Assembly: GCA_963708025.1 (NCBI GenBank) | Contig: CAVPSB010000018.1 | Coordinates: 128,001 to 192,000, forward strand | DNA length: 64,000 nt | DNA from: an uncultured Candidatus Rokubacteria bacterium | GTDB lineage: Bacteria; Methylomirabilota; Methylomirabilia; Rokubacteriales; DASRDR01 | Direction of reading: 5' to 3' | Part shown: piece by piece, positions 41,750 through 55,124 of the stretch | Numbering within the stretch: the first letter of the stretch is position 1 | Layout: each line of letters begins with the position of its first letter | Made by a program: the position numbers and the translations under genes | The notes under the pieces: generated by a model | Database searches by the model: none | The model's input: the letters and a program-made list of their open reading frames with translations, nothing else | Told to the model about the DNA's origin: nothing

Positions 41750-42626
41750 CTACCGTTTGCGCGCGCCGCGCCGGCCCCGTGCCGCCGGCCGGGCGGCGGC
41801 CGGCTTGGCGGCCGCGTCCCGCTGCCGCTCGTGCCAGCGGGCGATCTCCTCGCAGGTGGTGAACCACACGCGGCGGGACTTCCGGATGTAGGCGACCAGG
41901 TCCTCGATCAGCGCGATCCGGGACGCCCGCCCGCTGATGAACGGGTGGCAGGTGAGGACGAAGCAGCCGTTCTCCCGGTGCATCCCGGCGAACTCGCGGC
42001 TCCAGAGGTCGAACACGCGGGCCGGGTCCGCGATGGCGTTGCTGGCGCCGTAGACGTGGCGGAACAGGGGCGCGTCGTCGAGGATCCACTGGACGGGGAC
42101 CTCGGTGAGCGGCCCGTGCTCGGTCTCCACCTCGTACGGCACGTCGTTCCCCATGAGCGAGCTGTCGTAGAGGAAGCCGTGGGCCTTGAGGAGCCCGGGG
42201 GTCCACACGTTCACGTCCCACGACGGCGAGCGGTAGCCGGCCGGCCGGACGCCCAGGTGGTCCCGGAGGATGGCGAGCTGCTGGCGCATCACGGTCTCTT
42301 CCTGCTCGCGATCCAGGAAGTGCACGGCCTCGTGGACGTTGCCGTGGGCGCCGATCTCGTGGCCGGCGTCGCGGATCCGCTTGGACTCCGGCAGGTGGTT
42401 CTCGACGCGACCAGGCCGGGATGAAGAAGCTCGCGCGGAGCTTCAGGCGGTCCATCATGCGGAGGATGCGGTCCACGCCGACCCGCGGGCCGAACCGGCG
42501 CTCCTCCAGGCCGGCCAGGCTCTTCTTGGCCTTCTCCGGCTCCCGGAACAGGAAGCCCGACTCGGCGTCGAAGTCGAACGTCAGGGACACGGCGGACTGC
42601 TGGCCATCCGGCCATCGATAGCGCAT
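41750..42626 (-). CDS. Polysaccharide deacetylase (PuuE/HpPgdA-like CE4), frameshift near 42410
   Basis: SLTFDFDAES, GHEIGAHGNVHE, GYRSPSW, YDSSLM, CHPFISG. Confidence 0.85.
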
Positions 42627-42673
42627 GGGATCGCTCCTTTGCTGGTCGTGGTAGCGGGCCGGCCCGCCGGAGG

Positions 42674-45163
42674 TCATTCTCCGGCGGCCACGGTGATCGA
42701 CGCGAGGGGGACCCCCAGCCGCCGCGCGTCGCCGTTCGCCCGGGCCGCGCGCAGCGCGGGCGCGATCCAGTAGAGCCAGCTCGGCGCCGCGCCGCCCGGG
42801 TCGAGCGCCACCAACAGGCGGGTCCGGTCGTCCCGCTCGTCCACCTGGACGGCGTCGACGACCCGCCCCCGGTACATCAGGCAGATGCGCCGGGCGAAGG
42901 CGCGCCGCCGGAAGGGGAAGACCTCGAGCGTCACCCGGAGGGGGCCCGGGCCGGGGTCGAGCCGGAGCGCCGCCAGCGGCTGGGACCACCGGAACCGGGC
43001 GCCCGCGGCCACCTCCCAGCCGTAGACGTTCACCAGCCGGCCCGACCCGGCGCCGTCCTCCAGCAGGTTCCGCCCGCCGGCGGCCGGCCCGGGCGGCTGC
43101 GCCTCCCCGTGCGCCACGGCGAAGCGCACGCGAGCGAGCTCCGTCGTCCGGTCCCAGTAGGCGCGGAAGCGCCGGTAGCGCGCGTCCGCGCGCGCCAGCG
43201 GGGTGGCCGCGGCCGCCCTGGCCGCCAGGGCCGCCACGCGCGCGCGGAGGACGAGCCAGCGCTTGCCGAGGAGGGCCCGGGGCAGCAGGCGCCCCGCCGC
43301 CCCCAGCGCGGCCGGGCGGACGCCGGCGGCGAGGCGCGCGCGGGCGGCGCACGCCTGCAGGGCGGTCCGGAAGGCGGCCCGGTCGGATCGGGCGTCCAGG
43401 CTCGAGGCCTCGTCCCATTCCGGCGGCGCGCCGAAGAACTCGGCGCCGGCGCCCCCGGAGCCGACCTCGCGGCGGTACCGGCACTCGCCCTCGGTGAAGC
43501 TCTGGATGAACCGGTCCAGCACGGACAGCCGCCCGGGATAGAGGTGCGTGACCCCGACCCCCGGGGCGTACTCGAGCCAGAAGCCGCGCCGCTTCAGCTC
43601 GGCCGCGAGCAGCCACTCCGCGAAGCGGTCGTACCGGGGCTGGAGCCCGCCGGCCGCGAAGTAGGCCTCCCGCCTGAGCGCCACCGCCCGCATGATGACC
43701 TTTTCCCAGCGCCCGGGCTGGGACCACTCCCGGAAGCCGTCGTCGTACATGCGGGACTCCAGGGCGCCGATGGCGGACCGCCACTCGGGGATCGTCCGGC
43801 CGCAGAGGCCGTCGGCCCGGGAGTGCTCGAAGAAGCGGATGATCTCGGCCGCCGCCTCGGGCTCGGCCCGGCAGTGCGCCTCCGTGAAGAAGAGGATGTC
43901 CCCCCGCGCCAGGGTCGCGCCGTGGTGGTACGCCTCGATCTCGTTCGCGGCGTCAACCCGGACGAGGCGGTCGTGCGGCCGCAGCAGGCCCGCCAGCTCC
44001 GCTTCCAGGTCGCGGGTCCGGGCGTCGAGCAGGACGATCAGCTCGAACGCCTCCGGCTCGCAGCGCTGGCCGGAAGTCCAGCTCTCGACCGTGCGCCGCG
44101 CCATGCCGTAGTGCTCGTCCATGGTCAGGATCACGCTGACCACCGGCGCGCGGCGGCGGCAGGCCGCCGGGCGAGCCGGCGCCGCCGCGTCCTGGATCGC
44201 GGTCAGCACCCGCAGCGTCGCCAGGTCCCGGTCCGCCGCGCCCGGCGCCCCGGCCGGACCCCCGCTGTCGCGGTCGAGCGCGGACCGATAGAACCCGAGC
44301 AGCGCCCGCTCGTAGTGGGCCACGCTCGAGGTCACCCGCCGCGGCGCGGGGTCGCCGGCGATCCAGCCGGCGGCGTGCGAGGCCACGTGCGCCTCGGCCC
44401 GGCCGCTCGCCCCGGTGACGGCGATCCGCTTCTGGAGCCACGGGCCCAGCCCGGCGACGGGACGCGGGGCCAGCAGCCCGCAGCCCAGCCGGACCGTGAC
44501 GCCGGCGCCGGTGACGAGCTCGGCCCGGAGCCAGGCGCGGCCGCGATGGGCGGCGTCAACGTGGTACCGCGCGGGGACCGGGGCGTCCTTCGCCAGCGCC
44601 ACCAGGTCGTCGCTCGCCTCGCAGGCCGCGACCGACAGCGCCGCGCCGCCCAGGAGGCCGCCGACCAGGTCCAGCAGGTGAGAGCCCTGATCGAAGAGGC
44701 TGCCGGCGCAGCTCGCCTCGATCTCGCGCAGCTCCCCGAGGGCCCCCGCCTGGACCCAGTCGAGCAGCGCGGCGAACTCGGGCGTGAACGGGAGCTGGTG
44801 CGCCACCCTGAGGCATGCCCCGGCGGCGCGGCAGCGGGCGGCGAGGTCGGCGCCCTCGGCCCACTCGAGCGCCAGCGGCTTCTCGACGATCACCAGCCGG
44901 GGCTCGGCCGCGTCGAGGATGTCGGCGACCACGCGGCCGCGGACCGCCGGCGGCGTCGCCACCACGACCACGTCGGGGGCGACCTCGGCCAGCCCGGCCT
45001 GCAGGTCCCGGTAGACGCGGAGGCCGGTCGCCGACCACTGCTCCCGGGCGGGCGGCGCCGGATCGAAGCCGCCCCCGACCGCCACCCCCGGCAGCTGGGC
45101 CAGGGCCTCCCGGTGCGCGACCATCCGCCGGCCGAGCCCGACGAGGAAAACCCGCGCCGTCAC
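42674..45163 (-). CDS. Gfo/Idh/MocA oxidoreductase fused to a GT2-like domain
   Basis: VVVATPP, VEKPLA, DQGSHLLD in the N-half; VSVIL..FELIVL..ARGDILFFTEAHC in the C-half. Confidence 0.75.
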   Translation of the reverse strand: MTARVFLVGLGRRMVAHREALAQLPGVAVGGGFDPAPPAREQWSATGLRVYRDLQAGLAEVAPDVVVVATPPAVRGRVVADILDAAEPRLVIVEKPLALEWAEGADLAARCRAAGACLRVAHQLPFTPEFAALLDWVQAGALGELREIEASCAGSLFDQGSHLLDLVGGLLGGAALSVAACEASDDLVALAKDAPVPARYHVDAAHRGRAWLRAELVTGAGVTVRLGCGLLAPRPVAGLGPWLQKRIAVTGASGRAEAHVASHAAGWIAGDPAPRRVTSSVAHYERALLGFYRSALDRDSGGPAGAPGAADRDLATLRVLTAIQDAAAPARPAACRRRAPVVSVILTMDEHYGMARRTVESWTSGQRCEPEAFELIVLLDARTRDLEAELAGLLRPHDRLVRVDAANEIEAYHHGATLARGDILFFTEAHCRAEPEAAAEIIRFFEHSRADGLCGRTIPEWRSAIGALESRMYDDGFREWSQPGRWEKVIMRAVALRREAYFAAGGLQPRYDRFAEWLLAAELKRRGFWLEYAPGVGVTHLYPGRLSVLDRFIQSFTEGECRYRREVGSGGAGAEFFGAPPEWDEASSLDARSDRAAFRTALQACAARARLAAGVRPAALGAAGRLLPRALLGKRWLVLRARVAALAARAAAATPLARADARYRRFRAYWDRTTELARVRFAVAHGEAQPPGPAAGGRNLLEDGAGSGRLVNVYGWEVAAGARFRWSQPLAALRLDPGPGPLRVTLEVFPFRRRAFARRICLMYRGRVVDAVQVDERDDRTRLLVALDPGGAAPSWLYWIAPALRAARANGDARRLGVPLASITVAAGE

Positions 45164-45249
45164 GCCGGGATTCGCCCGAGGAGCGCCGCGGGGGCCACGG
45201 CCGGCAGTCTACCCGATCCGCCGCACGCCCGCGAGCCTCATTCGGTTTC

Positions 45250-46335
45250 ATGGTGCCGGAGGCGAACGGGCGTACCCTACCTGGACCGATGGGCGCCTGG
45301 GGCACCGGGATTCTCCAGCGCTGGATTCGCGGCCGCCCGGCGAAGCCGCGCCCGCGAGCCCCCGGGCGGCCGGCGGCGCCACCGGGTCCGCCGCTCGCGA
45401 TGCGGCGGGGCACCCGGCTGCCGATCGTGGACTGGGAGGCGATGGATGCCCATGCCCCGTCCACCGATGACCGCGAGGCCCTCGACACGTTCTGGTCCTC
45501 GGTCGCGCGCGGCTGGCTGGACGCGTTGCGGAGGAGGCTCGGCGCGCGCTAACGGGTCCGGGAGTCGGACCGCTTCCTGCTGCTGAGCCCGCTCGCAGCA
45601 TCCCGGGCGGAGGCCGCGCTCGACTACGTCGAGACCACCCGCAAACGCATCCTCGCCCTGCTCGACGGCATCGCGGCGGAGAGCGAGCTCGGCAAGGTGT
45701 GCGTGCTGATCTTCGCCGGCGTCAACCGCTACTACGAGTACGTGTCGCACTACTACCCGCGCGAGGGCGAGTTCGCGCAGTCCGGCGGCATGTTCATCCA
45801 CGAGGGGTACGGGCACTTCGTCTTCGTGGCCGACGACATGAGCACCATGGAGCCGACCATCGCGCACGAGCTGACGCACTGCCTGGTGCAGCACCTGCCC
45901 TTGCCCGCCTGGCTGAACGAGGGCATCGCGGTCAACGTCGAGGAGCGGCTCTTCCCGCCGTCGGCGAGCCGGCTGCGCGCCGCGGCCGAGCTGCGGCCGA
46001 AGCACGGCGAGTTCTGGGACCGGACGACCATCCAGGAGTTCTGGTCGGGGAAGTCCTGGCTGCGCCCCGGCGACGCGAACACGCTGAGCTACGACCTCGC
46101 CCGGCAGCTCGTCCGCCTGGCGGCCACCGACCCCGACGCGTTCCGCGCCTTCACCAACGCCGCGGATGCGGCCGACGGCGGCGCCGCCGCCGCCCGCGCG
46201 CACCTCGGCCACCCGGTGGCCAGCCTGGTGAAGACCGTGCTCGGCCGAGGCCCCTGGCGCCCCCGGCCGGACACGTGGACCGACGGCATCGAGCGAGGCG
46301 CGCACCATCCCGGTGCGCCGGCATCCTTCCGGTGA
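45250..46335 (+). pseudogene. Gluzincin/peptidase-MA-like protein with in-frame TAA at 45550-45552
   Basis: LGAR*RVRESDRFLLLS continues in frame to IAHELTH..PAWLNEGIA. Confidence 0.65.
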
Positions 46336-46343
46336 GCCGCTCG

Positions 46344-46991
46344 ATGGCCCGCGCGGCGATGCTGGTCGCCGCCATCGTCGTGGTGGGAGCGAGCGGATGC
46401 GCGCGGGGTGTCCGCCGGGACGACGGGGCCGCCTTCGAGGCCCGGGTGCTGCGGGAGATCGCCGCGGTCTTTCCCGGCGATCCGGGGCTGTTCCGGGTCG
46501 CCCATCCTCCCGAGACCGCCGTCGGCTTCTACGGCGACACGCTCGAGGAGGCCGCGGTCCAGTGCCGCCTCGCCGTCACGCTCGACATCGTCCAGGGCGG
46601 ACGGCAGCGGGGCAGCATGGTGGTCGCCCGGTGCCCCGAGCACCTCGCGGGACTGCGCGAGCGCCTGCGGCGCGTGCCGGACGGCATCCGGGCCGCGCTG
46701 GAGGACGAGGACGTCAAGGACTTCATCGAGGAAGCGAAGGTACTCGAAGCCGACTTGACCTACCAGCAGACGACCCTGCGCGATGGGGCGAGCCTGCACT
46801 ACTTCCCGCTGATCATGCCCGTCCATGGCATCCACATCGTGCCCACCGTCGTCCTGCTGGACGGAGACCGGGCCGTCGTTGTGCAGGCGCTGATGACCGG
46901 CGTCTGCGATGCCGAGCGAAGCCCTCTCCCTCTCTGCACGCAGACGAGAGACAGGCTGAGCGACCTCGCCCGCCGGCTTCTCCGGGAGTGA
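46344..46991 (+). CDS. Hypothetical lipoprotein
   Basis: MARAAMLVAAIVVVGASGC lipobox-like; 4 further Cys. Confidence 0.55.
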   Translation: MARAAMLVAAIVVVGASGCARGVRRDDGAAFEARVLREIAAVFPGDPGLFRVAHPPETAVGFYGDTLEEAAVQCRLAVTLDIVQGGRQRGSMVVARCPEHLAGLRERLRRVPDGIRAALEDEDVKDFIEEAKVLEADLTYQQTTLRDGASLHYFPLIMPVHGIHIVPTVVLLDGDRAVVVQALMTGVCDAERSPLPLCTQTRDRLSDLARRLLRE

Positions 46992-46996
46992 GGCAC

Positions 46997-47158
46997 TTGT
47001 CATTGGAGAGGCGAAACACGCTCGTCGTGTGGCTGCTCGTGCTGGCCGTGGCGGCGACGGCGGCCGCCCTGGGACGTTTCGTGTTCGGCGCGCCGTGGTG
47101 GCTGGCGATCATCATCGCCCTCGTCGCACTGCTCGTCAACGGATGGATCGCGGAGTAG
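46997..47158 (+). CDS. Small two-TM membrane protein
   Basis: 53 aa with two hydrophobic segments. Confidence 0.45.
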   Translation: MSLERRNTLVVWLLVLAVAATAAALGRFVFGAPWWLAIIIALVALLVNGWIAE

Positions 47159-47194
47159 GGATCGATTCGCCCTAAGACGGCGGGAGCGAGGCCG

Positions 47195-47967
47195 GTGACT
47201 GCGAAGCTGGATATACGGGTGTCCTCGGATGTCTGGCAAGATCCAGCGTGGCCATTGTTTTCCCGCTCGGCGAGTCGGCCGCGGACCCCCGATGCCGCTG
47301 CCGTCGCCGCAATGACGCTGAAGTGGACGGCGCCGTGGACCGAATCCCCCCTCACCCTGGATCTGGCTGCTGTCCAAATGCAGCGGATACTGCAAGGGGC
47401 CCTCGGCGAGCTGGTGATGACGGGCTGGCTGTTCCTCGGCCACGCGCCGTGGCAGCCTCGGTCGCGCCTCGTCGAATACAAGCGCATCTGGAAGAGTCTC
47501 GCAGGCCGCTTTGATCTGACGCAGCTCCAGACTGGCGAGGAGATCCGGATCGAGAGCGCTGACGGGATCCGGTTCGCGGCGCTCGCGCGGGTCGCCTCCG
47601 ACGGTGTGGCACCGGCGATCGCGATCTGCCGAGCGTTCCAGGACGGATGTCTGATTCTGGCCCCGGCCAGCCCTGGCTGGTCGCTCGCTTCGGAGCAGCT
47701 CTTTGCCGCGGCGTTCCCGAGTCCCCCGGGCGGCCGCCCGGAACGGATTTCGACTGGCCGTCGTTCGCGCTATCGGTCTGCCGAACTCGCGCGATCGTGG
47801 CGCGAGACAGGGGCCTGGAGGAGCCTCCCGGCGCGGTAGGCGTCAACTTCTTTCTGGAGGCCCGGGATCTCCGGGCGTTCCAGCGGGTCGTCAAGGGGGT
47901 CGTCAGCTCCGAAGGTGTCTGCCCCCTGCCGCCGCCCAGCGGGCGCGCGCATCGCCGGGGCGACTGA
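47195..47967 (+). CDS. Hypothetical protein, probable frameshift near 47740
   Basis: ORF 47195-47839 overlaps the frame ending at 47967 (..DFDWPSFALSVC..VGVNFF..). Confidence 0.45.
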
Positions 47968-48003
47968 CCTGGAAGAGCCGAATGGCCTTTCACTGAGGGG
48001 ATC

Positions 48004-48444
48004 GTGCCTATGGACCGGCTCGCGTCGAAGGTCGGTGCCGACAGTCTGAGCCTTGCTCTCGTCGAGTACGAGACGAACCCTCCGGACAAGGGTGACTACC
48101 TGTGTTTCGATGCGCAGGTGTCGTCAGCTGGGTTCAGTGGTGCGAGCCGTTTCTGGGTGGCCAGGTCCGACCTCGACGTGTTCCTCGCCGAAGTGGAGGC
48201 GTTCGACCGGTCGCTCCGCGGAAGCGCAGACATTCGCTGTGGATGGGGGCAGGAGGAGCTGTTCTCGGTCGAGTTCTTTCCGCACGATCGCCTGGGCCAC
48301 GTTGGCGTGAAGGTGCGGATCGGGGCGGCAAAGCCGGCTCGACGAACCAGTCAGCACTCCGTCTCCGTGGAGTTCGAAGTCGAGCCCATGGCACTCTCGG
48401 CATTCGCAGCGGCCCTCCGGGTCACGATCGAGAGGAGAGCCTGA
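48004..48444 (+). CDS. Hypothetical protein resembling WapI-type immunity proteins
   Basis: GFSGAS.FWV..DL..FLAE..L.GSA..F..DRLGHV.V.V..VEFEVE pattern, recognised by eye. Confidence 0.45.
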   Translation: MPMDRLASKVGADSLSLALVEYETNPPDKGDYLCFDAQVSSAGFSGASRFWVARSDLDVFLAEVEAFDRSLRGSADIRCGWGQEELFSVEFFPHDRLGHVGVKVRIGAAKPARRTSQHSVSVEFEVEPMALSAFAAALRVTIERRA

Positions 48445-48626
48445 TGAGGCCGGCAACGTCGATCGTCGTCCTGCTCGTCATCCTGCCGCTTGCCTCAGCG
48501 GCGCAGGGGTCATCGAGCGTTCGCACCTACGCGCTGCCCGGGCACGGCACGGTCGAGATGAGGGACGCACCGGATACCTATCGTGAGGAAGTCGCCAACA
48601 GCTTTTATCGTCGGCGAGACGAGTGA
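48444..48626 (+). pseudogene. Truncated secreted-protein fragment
   Basis: Signal peptide MRPATSIVVLLVILPLASAA followed by only ~40 aa. Confidence 0.3.
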
Positions 48627-48789
48627 CGAGATGCTCGTGATCCGCCGGGGTCCACATCGTAGGACGTGCCAGCCGAGCCCGTTGAGGAGGTCGTAGCCGC
48701 GCAAGCGGAAGCGAGAGTGGGAGGGGTCGGGCAGGCCCGGCCGGCTCGCGTTTGTCCGGGGGGCCTGTTACGATGAACGGGAGCAGCTG

Positions 48790-50313
48790 ATGGTCGCCAC
48801 CGGGCAGGCTCCCCAGGCTTCTCCGACCGCGCCCCTGATCGTCACGCTGGACGTCGGCTCCTCCTCGGTGCGGGCGCTCTGCTTCGACGCCGCCGGGCGC
48901 GCGCTGCCGGTCGAGCGGCAGCTCCGCTACGAGCTGGACACGACGCCGGACGGCGGGGTGGAGATCGATGCCGAGCGGCTCCTCGCGCTGACCGCCGAGG
49001 CGCTCGACGGCCTCCTGGCCGACCTCGGCGACCGGGCCGCGCGGCGTCGCCGCCGTGGCGATGAGCACCTTCTGGCACACGGTGCTCGGCGTGGGCGCCG
49101 ACGGCCGGGCCCGCACGCCCGTCTACTCGTGGGCCGACACGCGGAGCGCGGCGCGCCGTGGAGGTGCTGCGCGGGCGCCTCGACGAGAAGGCCTACCACG
49201 CGCGGACCGGCTGCGTGCTCCACACCTCGTACCTGCCGGCGCGGCTCCTCTGGCTCGCCGGCGCCGATCCGGCCGCGTTCGCCGCGAGCCGCAGCTTCAT
49301 GTCGTTCGGCGAGTACCTCCACCTCCGGCTCTTCGGCGAGACGCGCTGCAGCGTCTCGATGGCCTCGGGCGACCGGCCTCCTCGATCAGCACCGGCTGCG
49401 GTGGGACACCACGACCCTGGAGGCGCTCGGGCTGACGGCGGAGCGCCTCGTGCCCGCTGGCCGGGCTCGACGCGCCGCTCTCCGGGCTCCGCCCCGAGTG
49501 GGCCGGCCGCTGGCCGACGCTGGCTCGGGTGCCGTGGCTGCCGGCGCTCGGCGACGGCGCCTGCTCCAACGTCGGCGCCGGCTGCGTCGGCCCCGACCGG
49601 ATCGCGCTCATGGTCGGCACCTCGGGCGCGATGCGGGTCTGCTGGCCGACCGACGCCGTGACCGTCCCCCCCGGGCTCTGGTGCTACCGCGTGGACGGCC
49701 GCCGCGTCCTGCTGGGGGGCGCGCTCTCGAACGGCGGGAGCGTCTACGCCTGGCTCCGCGACACCCTCCGCGTCGGCGAGCCCGCGGCGCTCGAGCGCGA
49801 GATCGCCGCCATGGAGCCCGACACCCACGGCCTGACGATCCTCCCGTTTTTCGCGGGGGAGCGGAGCACCGGCTGGGTCGCCAGCGCCCGGGCGGCCATC
49901 GTGGGCGCCTCCCTGGACACCGGCCCGGTCGACATCGTCCGGGCCGCGCTGGAGACGGTGGCCTACCGCTTCGCCCTGATCCACGCGCTCCTCGCCGAGG
50001 CGTGCCCGCGGGCCGACGAGGTCGTGGCCACCGGCGGCGCCCTCGTGGCCTCCCCGGCCTGGACCCGGATCATGGCCGACGTGCTGGGCGTCCCGGTGCG
50101 GGCCTCGACGGAGCCCGAGGCCTCGAGCCGGGGGGCCGCGCTGCTCGCCCTCGAGGCGCTCGGCGTCCTGCCGTCGCTCGCCGCCGCCCCGGCCGGCTTC
50201 GGCGCCACCGTCGAGCCGGATCCCGCGCGTCACGCCCGCTACCGGGAGGGCCTGGCCCGCCACCGCCAGCTCTACGAGCTGCTGATCCCGTTCTACACAC
50301 GGAGGTCGCCCGC

Positions 50314-50317
<4 letters not shown>
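48790..50317 (+). CDS. gntK: FGGY-family gluconokinase, several frameshifts
   Basis: [59 protein letters not shown]. Confidence 0.85.
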
Positions 50318-52325
<2,008 letters not shown>

Positions 52326-52329
<4 letters not shown>

Positions 52330-53888
52330 GCGGCCCGGCGGCGACCAGCCCGGCGGCCCCCGAGGCGATGGAGGCGAACCCGCTCCGGGCCGGGCTCGGG
52401 GGCGAGCGGGCGCTGGATCCCTGCGTCGTGGTCATCTTCGGAGCGACCGGCGACCTGGCGCGCCGGAAGCTCCTGCCCGCCCTCTACGCCCTCGCCCTCG
52501 AGCATCGCCTCCCGGTCGGCCTGACCGTCCTCGGCGTGGCGCGCAAGCCCGTGGGCGACGCGGAGTTCCGGAAGCAGATGCGGGAAGCGGTGGCCGCCCA
52601 CGGCCGGTCCGGCGCGCCGGCCGACGTGGAGTGGGAGCCGTTCGCCGAGGGGCTCTTCTACCAGGACCTGGACTACAGCGACCCGCGGGCGTACGGCGCG
52701 CTCGCCGAGCGCCTGACCCGGCTCGACGCCGAGCGCGGCACCCGCGGCAACTACCTCTTCTACCTGGCGACCCCGCCGTCGGTCTTCCCGGTGGCGGTCA
52801 CCCAGCTCGGCGCGGCCGGGCTGGCGCGCTCGGGGACCGGCTGGCGCCGCGTCGTCATCGAGAAGCCGATCGGCCACGACCTGGCCTCGGCCCGCGCGCT
52901 GAACACGGTGATCGCGGAGTCGTTCGACGAGTCGCAGGTCTACCGGATCGACCACTACCTGGGCAAGGAGACCGTCCAGAACCTCCTGGTCTTCCGCTTC
53001 GCCAACGGGATCTTCGAGCCGCTCTGGAACCGGGCCCACGTGGACAACGTCCAGATCACGGTGGCCGAGTCGCTGGGCGTGGAGGGGCGCGGCGCCTACT
53101 ACGAGGAGGCCGGCGTCCTCCGCGACATGGTGCAGAACCATCTCCTCCAGCTCCTCTGCCTGGTCGCGATGGAGCCGCCGGCCACCTTCGCCGCCGACCA
53201 CGTGCGGGACGAGAAGACGAAGGTGCTCCGTGCCATCCGGCCGATCCGACCCGACGACGTCGAGCGCGTCGCCGTGCGCGCCCAGTACGAACGGGGCGCG
53301 ATCCTCGGGGAGCCGGTGCCCGGCTACCGGGAGGAGCCGGGCGTGGCGCCGGCCTCGACGACCGACACCTACACGGCGGTGCGGCTCGACGTGGACAACT
53401 GGCGCTGGTCCGGGGTGCCCTTCTACCTCCGCTCGGGCAAGCGGCTGACCCGGCGGCTGAGCGAGATCGCGCTCCAGTTCCGGCGGCCGCCCCAGCTCCT
53501 GTTCGGTCCCCACGTCGAGGAGCTCCAGCCGAATAGCCTGGTGGTGCGGATCCAGCCGGACGAGGGGATCGCCCTCCGGTTCGCGGCCAAGCTGCCCGTC
53601 CAGGAGTTCCAGCTCCGCCCGGTGACGATGGACTTCCGCTACGGCACCTCGTTCGGGATCGCGGCGCCGGAGGCCTACGAGCGCCTCTTGCTCGACGCGA
53701 TGCGCGGCGATCCGACGCTCTTCGCCCGGGCCGACTGGGTGGATGCGGCGTGGCAGGTGCTGGCGCCCATCCAGGCCGCCTGGGCCGCCGGGCCGCCGAA
53801 GCTTCCCACCTACGAGGCGGGGAGCGCGGGGCCTCGCGAGGCGGACGAGCTGCTGGAGCGGGAGGGGCGCCGGTGGCGCCGCCTGTGA
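52326..53888 (+). CDS. zwf: Glucose-6-phosphate 1-dehydrogenase
   Basis: [37 protein letters not shown]. Confidence 0.97.
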
Positions 53889-53902
53889 GCGGCCCGGTAT
53901 CT

Positions 53903-53995
53903 CCTCCGCTCCCTCTCCCTTCCAGGGAGAGGGTGGGGGTGAGGGTGTGCCGGTGCGCGTGGTCCTGGCCCTCTCCCCCGATGGGGGAGAGGGAA
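53903..53995. repeat. Family C double palindrome between zwf and opcA
   Basis: CCCTCTCCCTTCCAGGGAGAGGG-TGGGGGTGAGGG and CCCTCTCCCCCGATGGGGGAGAGGG. Confidence 0.7.
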
Positions 53996-54008
53996 ACGAG
54001 GTAGGTCT

Positions 54009-55124
54009 GTGAGCAGTCCGGGTGTCCCGGTCGTCCTGCACGACCTCGGCGCGGTCGAGGGCGAGCTGGAGCGGCTCTGGCAGGCCAACGCGGCGCCGGC
54101 GGACGGGCAGGCGGCGCGGGCCGTCATGCGGGCCGCGACGTTCAACCTGATCGCCATCGTGCCGAGTGAGCGCGACGCCGACCGGGCCTGTGCCGTCCTC
54201 GGGGGTGTCACCGCCCAGTACCCCGGGCGGGTGCTGATCGTGGACGTCGAGCCGGACGCCACCCCGCCGGGCCTGGTGGCATGGGTCGCGATGCACTGCC
54301 GCGGCATCGACGGCGCCGCCCAGATCTGCGGCGAGCAGATCGTCATCCGGGCGGCCGGCGACGCGGTGGATCGCCTCGGCGGCGCGCTGGCCGCGCTGCT
54401 CCTGCCCGATTGCCCGGTCGTCCTCTGGTGGCAGGGCGGACCGGGCCCGGCCGGCGTCCTGCTCGACCGGCTGGCGCCCATGGTGGATGCGGTGCTGCTC
54501 GACGGCGCCCGCTTCACGCCGGAGACCCTGCCCCGCTGGGTAGAACGCGCCCGGGGCCACGACGCGACTGCGGTGGGTGACTCTGCCTGGGAGCGGGGCG
54601 CGCCGTGGCGGGGCTGGACGGCGGACGGCTTCGAGCCGCGCGCGCTGCGCGCGAGCCTCGGCCGGATCCGCGCCGTGAGCGTCGAGTGCGGGGAGCGGGG
54701 CGAGATGACCGGGCTTCTCTACGTCGCCTGGCTGGCGAGCCGCCTGGGCTGGCGTCCGGACCCGGGCCTCGCCCGCTCCGACGGGACCGGGTGGGCGGGC
54801 ACGCTCGCCGGGCCCGAGGGGCCGGTCGCCGTCGCCCTGCGCGCGGAGGGGCCGGGGGCGGACCTGTGCGGCGCGACGCTCGAGGCCGACGGCCTGCGCT
54901 GCGCCCTGACGCGCGAGAGCCCGGAGTGCGGCGCGGTGACCGTCACCCGCGGGGCGGGCGTGGCGCTCCGCGGCGCCGCCCGCGTCCCGGCGACGGACGA
55001 GGTCCGGCTGGTCGGCCGGTGGCTCGAGGCGCCACGCTGGGACCCGCTCTACGGTGACGCGCTCGTGGCGCTGGCGGCGATCTGCCGCGCCGGCGCCGGC
55101 CCGGCGGTCACGCCCGGAACGTGA
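54009..55124 (+). CDS. opcA: G6PD assembly/activator protein OpcA
   Basis: Follows zwf; RAATFNL, PGRVL, ICGEQI, LLLPDCPVVLWW, WLASRLGW. Confidence 0.85.
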   Translation: MSSPGVPVVLHDLGAVEGELERLWQANAAPADGQAARAVMRAATFNLIAIVPSERDADRACAVLGGVTAQYPGRVLIVDVEPDATPPGLVAWVAMHCRGIDGAAQICGEQIVIRAAGDAVDRLGGALAALLLPDCPVVLWWQGGPGPAGVLLDRLAPMVDAVLLDGARFTPETLPRWVERARGHDATAVGDSAWERGAPWRGWTADGFEPRALRASLGRIRAVSVECGERGEMTGLLYVAWLASRLGWRPDPGLARSDGTGWAGTLAGPEGPVAVALRAEGPGADLCGATLEADGLRCALTRESPECGAVTVTRGAGVALRGAARVPATDEVRLVGRWLEAPRWDPLYGDALVALAAICRAGAGPAVTPGT

